Source: Azolla caroliniana (taxonomy: Eukaryota > Plantae > Polypodiophyta). Taken from it: DNA of 64,000 nucleotides. The notes beneath the pieces are model-generated. The model saw only the letters and a program-made list of their open reading frames with translations. It was not told the DNA's origin and made no database searches. Where the stretch lies: positions 6,572,001-6,636,000 of the forward strand of contig JBHGNT010000016.1 of assembly GCA_043228905.1 (NCBI GenBank), in the 5' to 3' direction. Numbering within the stretch: the first letter of the stretch is position 1; every line of letters starts with the position of its first letter. This document shows positions 36,337-49,864 of the stretch, piece after piece. The position numbers and the translations under genes are program-made.

Positions 36337-37100
36337 TTTTTTTTAGTAACACTTTTATTAATAGTGGGAAACCTCAAAGTGAGGTGAAAACCCACAGAGA
36401 ATAAAGAAAAATATGGAAGTGTTGATTAGACACTAAAGAGCTTAAAAGCACTTAAAGTAAAGATTGTAAATTTGGAGTGTGATGTCTCTAAGGTGCAGCA
36501 ATCAAATAGAGATTGCCTACGGGATTGCTGAAAGAAGCTAACTTCATGTAGTTGGTTTCGATCAAAGACCTTATTATTGTGGTTTGTCCAAATGTTCTAG
36601 AGTGCCCAAAATCGTGTCCATTGGAGAAAATAGGCATTGTTGGATAGGGTGGACGGAATTTGTCAAAATTTCCAAAAGTGTCTACCAAACCTTCGGCCAG
36701 GAAATCTATGATAAAGAGATGCACTTAGTCTTTGTACAAATGTTGTAGTGAATGAGGAAGTCCATAATAAGTGTGGGACCGTTTCCAATCGTCCACCACA
36801 TCTTGCACAATGTGGCGAGGCTATCGATCTCTTTTGAAGATTCAACCCTCAAAACTTCAAGTCAAAATAGATTTCAAAGAGTAATGCAGTAGATGACATG
36901 GTTGGTGGATTTACAATCCCATTTGGGAAAGCTGAAATTGACAATTGTGATCCCATAAATGCAACTTCCAAGTCTCGAACCGCCAATCTTAATCCACCCT
37001 TGTTTGCTTGAGTACATGAGTATTGGGTTGATGTTTTTTCCCTCTTGTCTATAATTGTAGGATTAAATCAATCAAGGTGTTTCCAACAGGAAATTGACTC
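36337..37100 (-). mobile_element. Heavily decayed L1 3' fragment
   Basis: CARCGGRLETVPHLLWT zf-RVT motif; KGGLRLAVRDL at ~36970-37000; T-run at 36337. Confidence 0.55.
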
Positions 37101-37270
37101 TTCATCATATCTGTCAAATCCACCTATACATCTCAAGATATGATTGTCATTCTTATATCCATATTTTTACTCATCTTTACTCATTCCTATATTCATATTC
37201 ACACACTAATGAATGATACCTTGTTTGGTGCCTTTTGTAGGGACCATGGACATGAGAAGAGGATGGTGCC

Positions 37271-40200
37271 TTTTTTTTTTTTTTTTTTCCAAAAAAGAAT
37301 ATACTCCATTAGTTAAAATATACATGCACACGATCCCTTTCTCAGGTAGGCCGTGCCAAGATTATCCTAGCCTACATACGAGAGATCTCACTTATTTATC
37401 TTACACTTTTACATATGACTCAAGCCATCCTTACAGGTACATCACCTACCTTCACTATCCCACTTGCCATGTCTTTCACGCCCCTCGTTCAACTAATGGG
37501 AGGGGGAAACAACCATCTGGGTACATCATACTTCCATAGTATATCCATTCCATTTGCTGCGGCCATCGGTGTCGTACACCATCTTTTTCGAAAATTCAGC
37601 CTCATTAGGTCTGCAGCATCATTAGTACCATTAATCCGCTCATATTGAGCTCTTAGTGTAGTTATGAGTGTGTGCCAAATTAGCTTAATCGATTCAGCTG
37701 GAGGGCGTTTGTGTGCGGAAAATACCCTGGTACACCTTGTTGTCCATATATGCCATATAGTGATGGGGGCAAGCAACATCCAAAGATCTTCAAGTTTTTG
37801 ATTCTGTACACAAGTTGTAGGTACCCCGTTGTCAGGGATCAACCGAACAATGCCATTCTCCCCTCTGTACTTAGCATTGCATGTGCTATCGTATGTCGCC
37901 ACATCAACGTCAAGAGACATCCAACAAGCATGTCCCCAGTTGAGGGTGAACGAACTAGAGGCATGGCAAAGCAAACGAAGTGCCCTTCCCCATACAGCCA
38001 TTGCATCACGACATTCCCATAGACAATGGGAGATGCTTTCTATCTGTCCACATGCAATACATCGAGGGTCTACATTGGGGCCTTTACCCCACATCCCTAC
38101 CGGCAAGGCTCTATGTGCAATAAGCCATAGACACATCATTATCTTGCGGTCATATTTGTCATGCCATATCATTTTCCAGAATTTATCTAGTCTCCTTTCA
38201 CTTATGCCCTCTTGCATCCAAAATTTCCTTGCCGCAACCTTGTCATGTTTTTGTTCTAGAAGAATTTGCCTCCCAATCTTCGTGTTATACCTGAAAAATT
38301 GAACTAGCTTTTCCCCATCAGTTTGTCCTTGAGTTCTCCAAAAATACCTGGCTGGGTCCCATGATAACTGATCCAAATGCCCTTCTATAGGCCAACACAC
38401 TGTCGCCGGTGTGATCTCCCTTGGCTTAGGGTCAATAATCATATTCTTACCAGTTTTTACGATCAGCCTAATCGGCTTTTCTCTTTGAAAGACTGGTTGC
38501 TCACCTCTTGCCCTTTCGTGCTCTAGTTTGTAGTAGCATACCTCGTTCGATTCTACTTTCATTCCCTTAATGCCAATTAAACAGTTTTCAGCATCTATAA
38601 GACATGTCCACGCAATTTCAGAGGTTGTTACTTCTTCCCCTTCCAATGTATTCTTGTAGCATGCAATGGCATCTGTAATTCTCTTGAGCATGCCTTTACC
38701 CCTACTTATTCTCCATATTCTAGCCTTTTGAGTGCCCACCTCATTGGACAAAAACCTCTCCCACTCCACTAATGCATTCCCTTGGGCATTGATTAACTCG
38801 ACCCATTTGAAACCTGTTTTTTGGCCTATCATCAGCCCATCCACATCTCTAATCAATGGATTCCACACAATTGGCTTGTATATCCGCGCATATGCATCAT
38901 TTCTCCACCTACATATGATCCCCTTTCTGATTTCTTGCCATGCTTTCATAATTCCGATAGCACAAAGACTCTGCATACTTCCCTAGTATTTGGGCCTCAT
39001 TTCTGGCACAAAGCCCCAAAATGGGCTGCTAGGCCAACATCCACCTTGTCTTGGCAGCCACATCTTCCATCTACGCCGCCATAGAACTTTCCAAGGTGCC
39101 TCAGGAGGTTGTAGGCTCCGGACCACTAGTTTGCCTAGCAAGGCCTTCGTTTGCATCACGGGATCTATCAATCCCACCCCCCCTTCACTTTTCCTTTTTA
39201 TAAGTGTGGTCCAAGCAATCTTTGCAATGGCTTGTTTTTCCTCTGTGCCCCCCCATAAGAAATTTCTAATGATCTTTTTTATCAATTTCATCGACTTGGG
39301 CACGATTATCCAGCATGCAGCAGTGTGCCATATAGTGGCCATTAGAATCTGATTTGCAATCACAATCTTTCCCGCAAAGGATAGTTTTCTTGCATTCCAC
39401 CATATTAGCTTCATTTTTATTTTATCCACTAGTAGATTGTAGTGTTCTGCCCGATCAATGTCCATACCAATTTTGAAGCCCAAGTATCTAGTAGCTTCTC
39501 CTTTCCTCAACCATCTAAAATTGGGGTTGGGGACCCAGTTTAACATGGGTTTATTACTGATCCAAATGCCCACAGATTTATTCCAATTTATTTTAGCATC
39601 GGATCCCCTACAAAACTCATCAATTGCATTTTGCAATCTGCCCAAGTTGTGTGCATCACCTTTGACATAGGTCATTGTGTCATCAGCATATGCCGTATCA
39701 AGCACCATAACTTCAGCATCGGGTAAGGTAAGGCCTTGTATTTGCCAAGATCTATCAGCAATTTGATAATGCAAAGCTTCTGCTGCAATTATGTATAAAT
39801 ACGGGGCTAATGGGCATCCTTGGCGTACCGAACGTAGCATCTTAAAGCTCTTCCCCATACTTCCAGCCATTAACACTTGGCTGGATGCACCTCTGTAGAA
39901 GGCACCCATTCCACGGATCCATTGTTGTTCAAAACCTAGGGCTGCCATCACTGCTTCTAGGAAATCCCATGAAATCCTGTCATATGCTTTTTCGAAGTCA
40001 AGTAGCATTACTGCTAGGTCCACTTCTTGCTCCTCAGCCCATGCTGAGTATTCCCAGAATGTTATCACATTGTCCACAATACTCCGGTTTTCCAAGAAAC
40101 CAGTTTGCATTGTATGTATAATGTCCCCAAGTACCATTTTCAATCTCTTACTTACGACTTTGGCCATTATCTTATATGCATTGGTGAGGATCGTCAGTGG

Positions 40201-41890
40201 TCGCCAATTATCAAGCGTTGCTAGGTCTTTACCAGCCTTGGGTATTAAATAAATCATGCCTCTACACATTGTTGTGGGCATTAGTCCTTCTACCATAATG
40301 TGTTGCATCCCTGCCAGCATGTCATCCTTAATTAGAGCCCAATACTGGATGTAAAAGTATAGAGGAAGTCCATCAATTCCTGCACAGCTTTGTTTGTTCA
40401 TATCCCCAATAGCATCCCACAATTCATGCATACCTATAGGGGTATTTAGTTGGTCCATCATTTGAGCCGTAACTTTCCTTGGTATCCTCTTTATTATATT
40501 TCTAAAGGCAACCTGATGAATCAGATCCTTATTGCATACATTTAGTAGGTGAGTATAATAGCTTGTGGCTATTTGAAGCATTTCCTCTTTGCATGTGGTC
40601 ATTGTGCCATCTGTCTTTTTTAAGCATGAAGGTTGGAACCCAGATCCTTTGCATTTAACACCTTCAAAAAAACCTTTAGTAACCCGATCTCCTACCCTCA
40701 TCCAGCTTGCTGCCCTACTTCGATAGGCATAGGTACTCCTAAGTTTTTGGTACCTCTCTAATTTTCTTTTGGCCTCCTCAAGTTGCGCCTCAATCCATAC
40801 ATTATGTGGGTATAATTCTCTTAGTCGTTGCATAGAAACGAGTGACCATTGCATTCTCTGCATTTTCTCTCGTATCTCTTTTCTAATTTCAATCGCTTTT
40901 TGTTGAAAAAACCCTGCACATGCCTCAAGTTTCCCAGCCAGCCTATGAGCAAGGTCAAGGTACCTCCATCTGATATCATACCATATTTTCCGTATATCAT
41001 CGGTCCATTTATTATCCATAACCAATTCCTTACACACCTTCACATTATGTGGCTTGCAACGATTGTTTGCTTGTATGTGTAACAGAACTGGGGCATGATC
41101 AGAGAACATTGTACCCGGGCAAATAATGCATCTACCTTTCCTATCCATGAGTCGAGGGTCCAAATACCATCTGTCCAGCCTAGACATCGTTCTCCCGTGC
41201 ACACTTCCTCCTACTCTAGAGTAGCGAAGAGATTTTTCTTTTTGCATTTGAAAGTTAGGGGCATTCCAACAATCTATCACATTATATGCTAAACAAAACT
41301 TATCCCATGCATTCTTCTCTGCCCCCTGTACCGTTCCATTTGCATTGCCTCTTCTATCTTCTAGATGCTCCACCATATTAAAGTCTCCTCCAATGATCCA
41401 CAACTCAGCATCTGGTTTCTTGGCCACTAGTTGCAACCAGAATTCTTGTCTTTCAGCAGTTGAATTTGGGGCATAAATGTTCAGTATGCCCAAGTGCCCA
41501 TAACTGTGTTTTATCCTTATGTAGACAGCACGACCCTCTATTAAACTACCCCTGCCTGTACAGTCAGCAGTAAACTTAGCTTTCATAGCTATAAGTACTC
41601 CCCCCTGAATCTGCCTATCTCCCGTAGCTGCTGACCATGTATTGGTCCAGTTTCCGGGGCAAATGCTTCCTATTTTATCGATCTTGTCCCCATCTAGATG
41701 GTGCTCCTGCACCAAGATAATATCAGGCAACACTGCCTCAGTGCATCGCTGAATTTCAGCAGCCAACACATTCTTTTTCATCTGGAATTGGGTGCCACCA
41801 ATTCCTTGTATATTCCAAGTTAGCAAACTGAGATTCATATAAGCTGCACCTTCTGAGGCCCAGCCAATGCATTTTCCGCTTCCAATATGG
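37271..41890 (-). mobile_element. L1-clade LINE, 5'-truncated just upstream of ORF2
   Basis: Poly-T 37271-37288; whole ORF2 present; no TSD identified, 5' end approximate. Confidence 0.92.
37489..41838 (-). pseudogene. L1 ORF2 (~1450 codons) with one in-frame stop at 38983-38985
   Basis: MNLSLLTWNIQG, GGDFN, RLDRWY, SDH, LDFEKAYD, AYADD, CIACGQIESISHCLWEC; ORFs 38983-41925 and 37489-38976 share a frame. Confidence 0.93.
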
Positions 41891-42149
41891 TAGCTAATAA
41901 TGCATGGTTCAAATTTGTCATGCAACTATTTATGTATCTGAGTGATGGCACATATTTATTTGATTTTTATCTAATCTTTGTACGCTAGTTAGCTTGTATC
42001 TTCAAATTTCAACTTTTGTATATATTCACACTCGAACATTATATCTATTTGGAATCGTAGAAACTTATTGAATATGGTGTTTTTACCTTTTTGGTCTTCA
42101 ACACATGTGTAAGAAACTTTTCATTAATGTGAAAGCCTTTTTCTATCTA

Positions 42150-42900
42150 AAAACATATGTTTTTAGGATTAATTTGTGGTGATAGGAAAAATCCACCATT
42201 TTCGATTATGTGTACCTGAGTTTCACAAATTTCCATAACTCACAAGTTTGATATATATAATTGTCTTTTCTTGTATATGCATACATACAATAACATCGGG
42301 AAAATTCACCATGCATCTTCAATTATCTGTGTTTCAACATTTTAGGATATAACATCTTAGTCCTTGATATCTAATTGCGTATAAGAGCTTACTCGTCTAA
42401 CTATGTATAAAATGCATTTCAATTTCATATGTACCGTGCTATGTGTTACAATGATTGTACAACGAAAAGGAATCATCGATGATTCCTTCATGATACGGTT
42501 GTTGCATTCATCAATAACAAAAAACTTATGTAATCTTATCAATGGAGCTCTTTTCATTTACTATGATTGGATCAAAACACAATCCACATTTGTAGATGCC
42601 AATTATAATCGTATGTCAAATCTTGGAGGTCAAATAAACACTCTATTCTCCCCTATATAGTGGCATGTCATTTGGCAACTTTCCAAAGGCAAAATGCTTG
42701 ATTACATCCAATTTTCTTGCTTTCCAAAACATGACTTGGTAGTCTAGTTTCCAACAGAATACATCACAAAAAGAATCTCATTACTCTTAAAAAAAGTTAT
42801 GCGCTTTAATGTCAAACTCGATTAAGACACTCAATTTGTAGGTATCATTTCGAATCCTATACATGAAACATCAAGCTTAAAGACTACTCGCATGGAAAAT
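42150..42900 (-). mobile_element. Very old RTEX-like remnant
   Basis: RVSSYTQLDI (cf. RISSHQLEI) followed by a QTCEL segment; boundaries uncertain. Confidence 0.4.
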
Positions 42901-43082
42901 GCGGCCTTAGAATATATACATCATTCACATACTTTATAACAATTGTGTGAAACTCGAATACAACAAACCATTAACATACCAAAGTCTTGATACAGTCTGA
43001 GAATCATAACCTCAGAAACACGCATCTTTATCATCATCAATAGCACAACGAATTAACATGTTTGTTCGGGAAGAAAGAATAA

Positions 43083-43650
43083 TCACCAAAAAGATTTGTG
43101 ATTATGGTTACAATTTGAACATGAAAAAATTAACATAAGTCGGCCATCAACACTCTGGGAAGAAACCTTCACAGGCTGCATTCTTATTGATGATTCAAGT
43201 TCCCATGGTGATGATTCCTCACCAAGCCTTTCATGGTGAGCCACCATTGCTTCATCATCACCTTCACTATCCCTAAACTTAACCTTTCTTGAATCACCTA
43301 CCAATGCTCTTTCCATAGCTTGTGACATGTAATTGTAAGATGTTGACATACTCTCACACCTTGATATACTTGTGAAGCTCCGGCCATCTTGCAGATTAGC
43401 AATGACATGGGACTGGTGGCATAGTGTCTATGCCTTCCTATGAATGCATTCCTAATATTCTATGATCTAATGAGATCATGGTGAACCATTTCACCAAATG
43501 CATCATTGACTTCAAGAGCCGCGATCGCGTCTCAACCACAGTGTCAAGAGATCGGAGTTTCAGATACCACATTAAAGCGGGTGGAGTTCTCTCAGTGATT
43601 CCCGAAACATGTGCTCGTCCTCCCCCTCCTCCTCCTCCTCCTTCCATTCC
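43083..43650 (-). pseudogene. Possible degenerate host gene of unknown family
   Basis: Protein-like ORF SQAMERALVG...MLIFSCSNCNHNH; (CT)n and a telo-box-like AAACCCTA upstream; no recognised domain. Confidence 0.3.
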
Positions 43651-44229
43651 TTCTTCGTTCCTTATATATGAGAGTAGGGGAGATGATGGAAGTTAGTTAG
43701 GATGAGAAATGAATAGACTCGGATGATTGACAAATCAAGCTAAGATTTTTAGCGGATTAAATTCCTCAGTTTTCGTCGAGGTGGAGTTGGAGGGAGTCAC
43801 CGACGCCAAGGGAAACCCTAAAGCCTAAACATGAGAGAGAGAGAGAGAGGAAGCATGCAGCCAAAGTGGCATCCTCTGTTTGTGAACTCGCTAGTAACCC
43901 TAGATCCGCCTTGATGTTCCACCCAAGGGTTGAAATTGGAGGCCGATGAACTCTGCAGATAGGAAAGAGAGAGCGAGAACTCTGCAAGGTCACATATCAT
44001 TATATTCGCCATTTGAATTGGTGTGTAGGGTGACATTGAGTTTGGATTCGTCGTGGTCTTTAGATCCCTAGATATATATAGAAGGTGTTCTATACTTTGT
44101 AGTAAGTTAGTCATGGTGGTGTTTTTTCTTTACTAATGAAAGCCATTATTTACGAAAAAAAAAAGAGCACGCAAAGAGGAGAGAGAGAGAGAAACAAGAT
44201 TCAAAATTTCCCTCCCTCGAAAAGTTGCA

Positions 44230-44274
<45 letters not shown>

Positions 44275-44669
44275 ACTTTTATCTACTTTCTTTTTCTTTT
44301 TCTTTACATCTAAAATATTGGATGGCCCAAATCGTCTACAATTTCCAAGACGAGTTTAAGGCCGTCTAAGCCCTACATTCACAGTCTTCACCAATTTAAT
44401 GTTTCTCCATCAAATAATGACGAGGCCCAAAAGGAGTGACTCAAAATAAGCCCTCTTCTCCATCTATGAGGCTCCTATTTTTCGCATTACATGTTTTTCT
44501 TCCCCCTTTTGCTTACAAAATGCATAGACGAGATAATTCCTTAAAACATATTGAAATTCAATCTCTACATCTCTTGTACATAGTGAATGGCCCAACCCAT
44601 CGGCCATTTACTTTCTTTTATTATATATGTTTTTTCATGTATATATATTTATGTTTCTTTGGCTATGGG

Positions 44670-45095
44670 TAGGCCTAACAGTCGGTAATGGTTCGGTTTC
44701 AACCGAATCAAACTGCGAAACCGTGGCTTAACGGTTTAACGATTTAAACAATTCGATTAGGTTTGGTTTCAACAGCTAGAAACCACAGTTTAAACGGTTA
44801 TTTAATTTTTAATTATTTTTAAAAATTAAAAATTTTAAAAATGATTTTTAAACATCTTTTCATTTTCAGGCCATATTCTCACATTTTAGGAAAATCTTTG
44901 AAATTTTGAAAATTTTAAAATAATAAAAGATTTTAAATTTAAAGTTTTAAAAATTCAAAATTTGAATTTTGACCTAAGTTGAAAACCGAAACTGAACCAC
45001 GAAACAAGGGTTTTAATGGTTTCGTGGTTCGGTTCAAGTTTCCAAAATTTTAAACCGTTCGGTTTTGACACTCTCAAACTTAACCAAACCGTTGC
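44670..45095. mobile_element. MITE-like element with AACCG/CGGTT subterminal motifs around an AT-rich core
   Basis: Motif clusters at 44683-44800 and 44983-45092; no TSD confirmed. Confidence 0.45.
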
Positions 45096-45525
45096 TGATT
45101 GAAGCGAGAAACTTATTTGAAATAAATACAAAGAGCATGTTTTAAACGCAACACCCTTTTTCTTTGAAAGGATGCAAGTATCACTAAGATAACTATTTGA
45201 TATATTAAATAAATACATTCTTAGATACATAGAAAATATAATCATTTTAACTAAGCTAAAGCATGAGCACTAAGTGGCAACGTGCTCTTAGACCTTATGT
45301 GTGAGGCCCTATATAAGGGTGGTCTCTAGGGCCTGAATTTGACAGGTTAGTCTTTAAGTTTTTTTATGGGCATTTTTTAAAGATGTATCTCATATGACAT
45401 GAGAGTGCAAAAACTAACATGTCATTTGACATACAAGTTTTAATAATGAAAAGCTCTATGTGATGCTTCATTATTATACATTTTATTACTATAGAAAGTA
45501 TATAAAGATACACAAATAAACATAG

Positions 45526-45838
45526 GGGAAAAGTACCAGGATACCCTTGGAAGTTCGTCTATTTACCAGAATGCCCCTAGAAGTTCCAAATTTACCAAAT
45601 TACCTCTATGTCCAAAAAATTACACTTTATAAAGTAATTATACACTCAAATCTACAAGCCCTATTTACCAAAGATGGAAGAAATGGACCCGAACTAGCCG
45701 TATTTACCAAAGATTTGAGTGTATAATTACTTTATAAAGTGTAATTTTTTGGACATAGGGGTAGTTTGGTAAATTTGGAACTTCCAGGAGCATTCTGGTA
45801 AATAGACAAACTTCTAGGGGTATCCTAGTACTTTTCCC
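45526..45838. mobile_element. Mutator-like MITE copy 1 (313 bp)
   Basis: ~125-bp TIRs GGGAAAAGTACC.../...GTACTTTTCCC; 9-bp TSD TAAACATAG/TAAACATAA. Confidence 0.92.
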
Positions 45839-45976
45839 TAAACATAACTACCTTACAAAGATAATGAAATCATACAAATTGAATACTTAATCATCATATA
45901 TTTCTTAAAGCCCAAAAAACACAAAAAATGTTTATTGTACCGTGACTCCTCATATTAAGCATTGTACAATATGTGT

Positions 45977-47446
45977 CTACTTCAATGATACTATCCTTCT
46001 CTCTTTATTTTCAAACCAAAGGTTAAATATATCCCTCCAACAAATGTTTGATGTATCTTGAGCATTCAAGGATATAAACATCAAAGCATCTAAAGTTTCT
46101 AAAGATAAACTGTTTCTAATATCATTTTTTATGATATTTTGACGTGAAAAACCTCGTTCACATGCCGCTGTATTAATAGGAATAGTCATACATAGTTGCC
46201 ACAATTGCATAATACCCGGAAATAATTGCCACCAAGATTGTGCTTTGCAACAAATATCCCATGCATCATGCATTCCTCTTCCTTTAGCCATTCTAACAAG
46301 CATACCAACAAAACCTTTCCGTTCATTGAAGCATCTTTTCATGTCAACAATTTGCCTATCAATATTAAACTTCCCAATAAGTTTGTGCAACCATTCCTTT
46401 GTCTTTTTCTCTCTTTTATTTTCCTCAATGGGATATGAAGATGGATTAAACAACTTTACAGCATTGAAAAATGTAACATCCGGGAAACAATTGTTTAAGG
46501 CATCAATAACATGTTGGACAAAGTCTTTTCCAATGCTAATGCATTCATCCAAACTACCATTTTCCACATTACCATGAAACATATTCAAGTTGAAATCACT
46601 ATCTTCATTCTCACTATCAAGACCACTTATTAATCCTCTTGATCGTTTTGGTACCTACTTTGGGTTTGGAATTGGTATAAACTTCAATGGATGTGAATGA
46701 GTAACATTATCCCATCCAATATATGTGAGTATGCCATCTTTCACATTAGATAGAAAGTTTGCAAGAAACATAGACCCAGTGCCAAATGTTTCACAAGATA
46801 AATATCGTCTTCAAAGTTTCTCATGGATGATATCCAAGTGAACACCAAGGATAGTTACATCCATTAATTCCCTTTGGAACTGCTCATTTAATTTATTTAA
46901 GGGAAAAGTACCAGGATACCCCTGGAAGTTCATCTATTTACCAAAATGCCCCTGGAAGTTCCAAATTTACCAAACTACCCTATGTCCAAAAAATTACACT
47001 TTATAAAGTAATTATACACTCAAATATTTGGTAACTGCGACTAGTTCGGGTCCATTTCTTCCATCTTTGGTAAATAGGGCTTGTCGATTTGAGTGTATAA
47101 TTACTTTATAAAGTGTAAGTTTTTGGACATAGCGGTAGTTTGGTAAATTTGGAACTTCCAGGGGCATTTTGGTAAATAGACGAACTTCCAGGGGTATCCT
47201 AGTACTTTTCCCTTTATTTAATTCCACAAGAATATCTGCCAATAAGTGTAACATAAATTGCACTTGGAATATAGTAGCATACTCGTACCATTTTTTCTCA
47301 TGTTTTTCCCATTGTTCTAAAATTGCAGGCATAAGTGTAACTAGTCTCTCCATTATTTGGCCTCGAGATAACCATCGCACCTTCAAATCACCCTTACCAT
47401 GTCGTTTCATTATTTCTTTTAGCTCCTTGTGTCATAAATACATAAC
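45977..47446 (-). pseudogene. hAT transposase C-terminal half (hATC dimerisation domain)
   Basis: VRWLSR, LADILVELNK|MITE|LNEQFQ, IPINTAACERGFSRQNIIKNDIRNSL. Confidence 0.9.
46901..47212. mobile_element. Mutator-like MITE copy 2 (312 bp), inverted relative to copy 1
   Basis: Same TIRs; perfect 9-bp TSD TTTATTTAA; inserted in the transposase frame. Confidence 0.95.
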
Positions 47447-48241
47447 CATCATGACTTCACTTGGGCTTGAACCCAAGACCTTGTAATACATAATCAAGAA
47501 CCTAACCATGAGGATAGCATATGATTATATAAAATAATAAAAGCTACTTCTTGTAATAGATTGATTATTGTAAATGTTTTGGAACATTCTAGAATATCCT
47601 AGAACATCTTAGAATATTCTAGGTCTAGAACATTCTAGAACATTATAGAAATCACTAGGCTATTCTATAGGAACCTATAAATATGGACATACAATTCTTC
47701 TCAAACCAATTCGAATCAAACTGTCAGAACCAAGAGAAAAGATAGAGTGGTAGAAGAAAGATGTAAAGAGATCACGAGAAGAGAGGAATGAAGTGATAAG
47801 AGTAGAATGAATGTATTAGTAAGAGGAATGTGTTAGTGGGCACCTTATTGACTGGCATAACGTTGTCATGGTTTGCTCCATTACTAGAGACAAATTCTCC
47901 TCTACTGCATAATTTCGAGGAGTTTGTCAAAGAATTTAAGGCTTGCTTTGGAGATACAGATGGGGCAAGAACTGACGGGAACTCAACGCTCCTTATGCAC
48001 AAAGCTCGGCCACAACCGAGATTCTTTTCACACACCAAAAACAGGAAATGAAAAACACGACTCAAAGGAGAGGAAGATACATAGGAGGTTTACGTGGAAA
48101 ACCCAAAGAGGGAAAAACCACGGCAGCCCACAGGCTGCGAACTGTCACTATGTGAGAATGTACAACAGTGAGTTCATTGAGGCAACGACCTCGTGCTCAC
48201 ATATCTTCGCCACAGGCAACGGTTACAACAGAGGCAACGAC

Positions 48242-48292
<51 letters not shown>

Positions 48293-49400
48293 CACTATTA
48301 CGTGCTCTCTCTTCTTCTTGCACCAACAAGGAAAAATGACAACAACAACAAAAACTAAAAGTTTGCCCTAAGTCATATTTATACTAATATGACTTTTCGG
48401 CTATTTACAAATGTAGCCTCGATGGGCTCTCAGAAACATATTTACGAATATGTCTCTTCATCCGGTTCTCACCAGGTCTGTACCATCCGGCTCTCCGTAG
48501 TCGGGTACTCCTCATCCGGTTCATACCGGGCTTGCACCATCCGGCTCTCCGTAGCCGGGTACTCCTCATCCGGTTCATACCGGGCCTGCACCATCCGGCT
48601 CTCCGTAGCCGGGTGCTCCTCATCCGGTTCATACCGGGCCTGCACCATCCGGCTCTCCGTAGCCGGGTCCACCTCATACGGATTCGGCCTCGGCCTAGTT
48701 TGTTCGTCGGCACTGTGCTTCTCCCTTCCCATCCGGAGGGACCTGTTTCCCAACAAGAACGACAATCAACAAGATTCGTACACTACGTCAAGGTGATCAA
48801 CCAGCCTCAACATATGTAGCTAATTTTCGTCTCATCGCAAGCGATATTCCTTGGGATGAACAAGCCCTAATGGAGCAATTTTGTTCCGGTCTTCGTAGTG
48901 TTGTGAAGGACTTACTTCTTACCTTCCCCGAGGATCCAAAATCACTTACAAAAGCTATTAGTCGAGCAATACGGTGTGATAATCATCTTTTTGAGCGTTA
49001 ATGTGAGCGACAACAACAAATAACAAGATCAAGATTCTTATGCATCAGTAATGACGCAATCGTCTCCAAGGCAAACATATAGCCTTGCTCCAACCCCAAG
49101 GCAAACACGTAGCCCAGCCCTAATGGATAGGCCGACACCCATGGAGATCAATATGACCCAACGTCGAGGATCATTGTCGGATGAAGAGAAGCAACGACGC
49201 CGAGGAAACCATCTGTGCTTATATTGCGGAGGTCTAGGACATATAGCCATTCATTGCTCCTGTAGGCCGAGACGTCAGGTAAATCAAATTCACTATGACA
49301 ATAAAAATGAGTCCAACATTTTAGAAGCACTTAGTGATTCTAATATTATGAATAATCCACCCTTGTCCATAAGTTTGAAGTCCTAAGCCAATTAGAAGAG
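47447..49400 (+). mobile_element. Chromovirus-type Gypsy fragment (partial LTR plus gag)
   Basis: LTR-like 47447-~47720 with TATA; gag LLTGITLSWFAPLLE..FGDTDGART|TINKIRTLRQG; PTPMEI; CLYCGGLGHIAIHC. Confidence 0.8.
47973..48755 (-). mobile_element. Solo LTR related to the Tork-like Copia LTRs (783 bp)
   Basis: TGAC...AACA ends; TSD AGAAC (47968-47972 and 48756-48760); homologous to 1632-2280; about four 57-bp tandem units at ~48456-48680. Confidence 0.93.
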
Positions 49401-49564
49401 GAGTCAAACGAATAAGTCCGGCCAAAATAGGAGCCATTTGGTTGGACAACCATAGCTCTGTACAACCTAGTGTAGGTTCCATTTCATCCAAGCATGTTAG
49501 TAGAGTCTTCTTAGCCCAAGTACAAGTTAGGACACCAAGTTGCCAACTTCACATCCAAGCCCTC

Positions 49565-49864
49565 TTAGATACCGAACTTCACATCCAATAAGGACTTTGT
49601 CACATATGCCCATGGGTGAAGCAAAGTCCATTGGTTTCTCCACTTTCTTTTTGTTTTATTAGAAGAAGATGTTGACCCATTTACATTTGTGACAACTTCT
49701 TCCTCATTATTTCGAGTATCATTAAGATGTTCTCCCTTGCAAAACATACTCTTGATAGACGGTTGGTGTGGGTTATGTTTTTTTGGGCAAGACATACTCT
49801 TGAAATTGAGAGAATTCACAAACCGAGAAAAAAAACAAAGATGAGATGGGCAATCAAGAGCCAT
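49565..49864 (-). pseudogene. Probable N-terminal fragment of the hAT transposase
   Basis: KRKWRNQWTLLHPWAYV resembles the TTF-type zinc-finger lead-in; same strand as, and upstream of, the transposase core. Confidence 0.55.

Noticed and set aside
47012-47410. Novel 132-aa protein
   Set aside because: It is a transposase fragment reading into MITE sequence.
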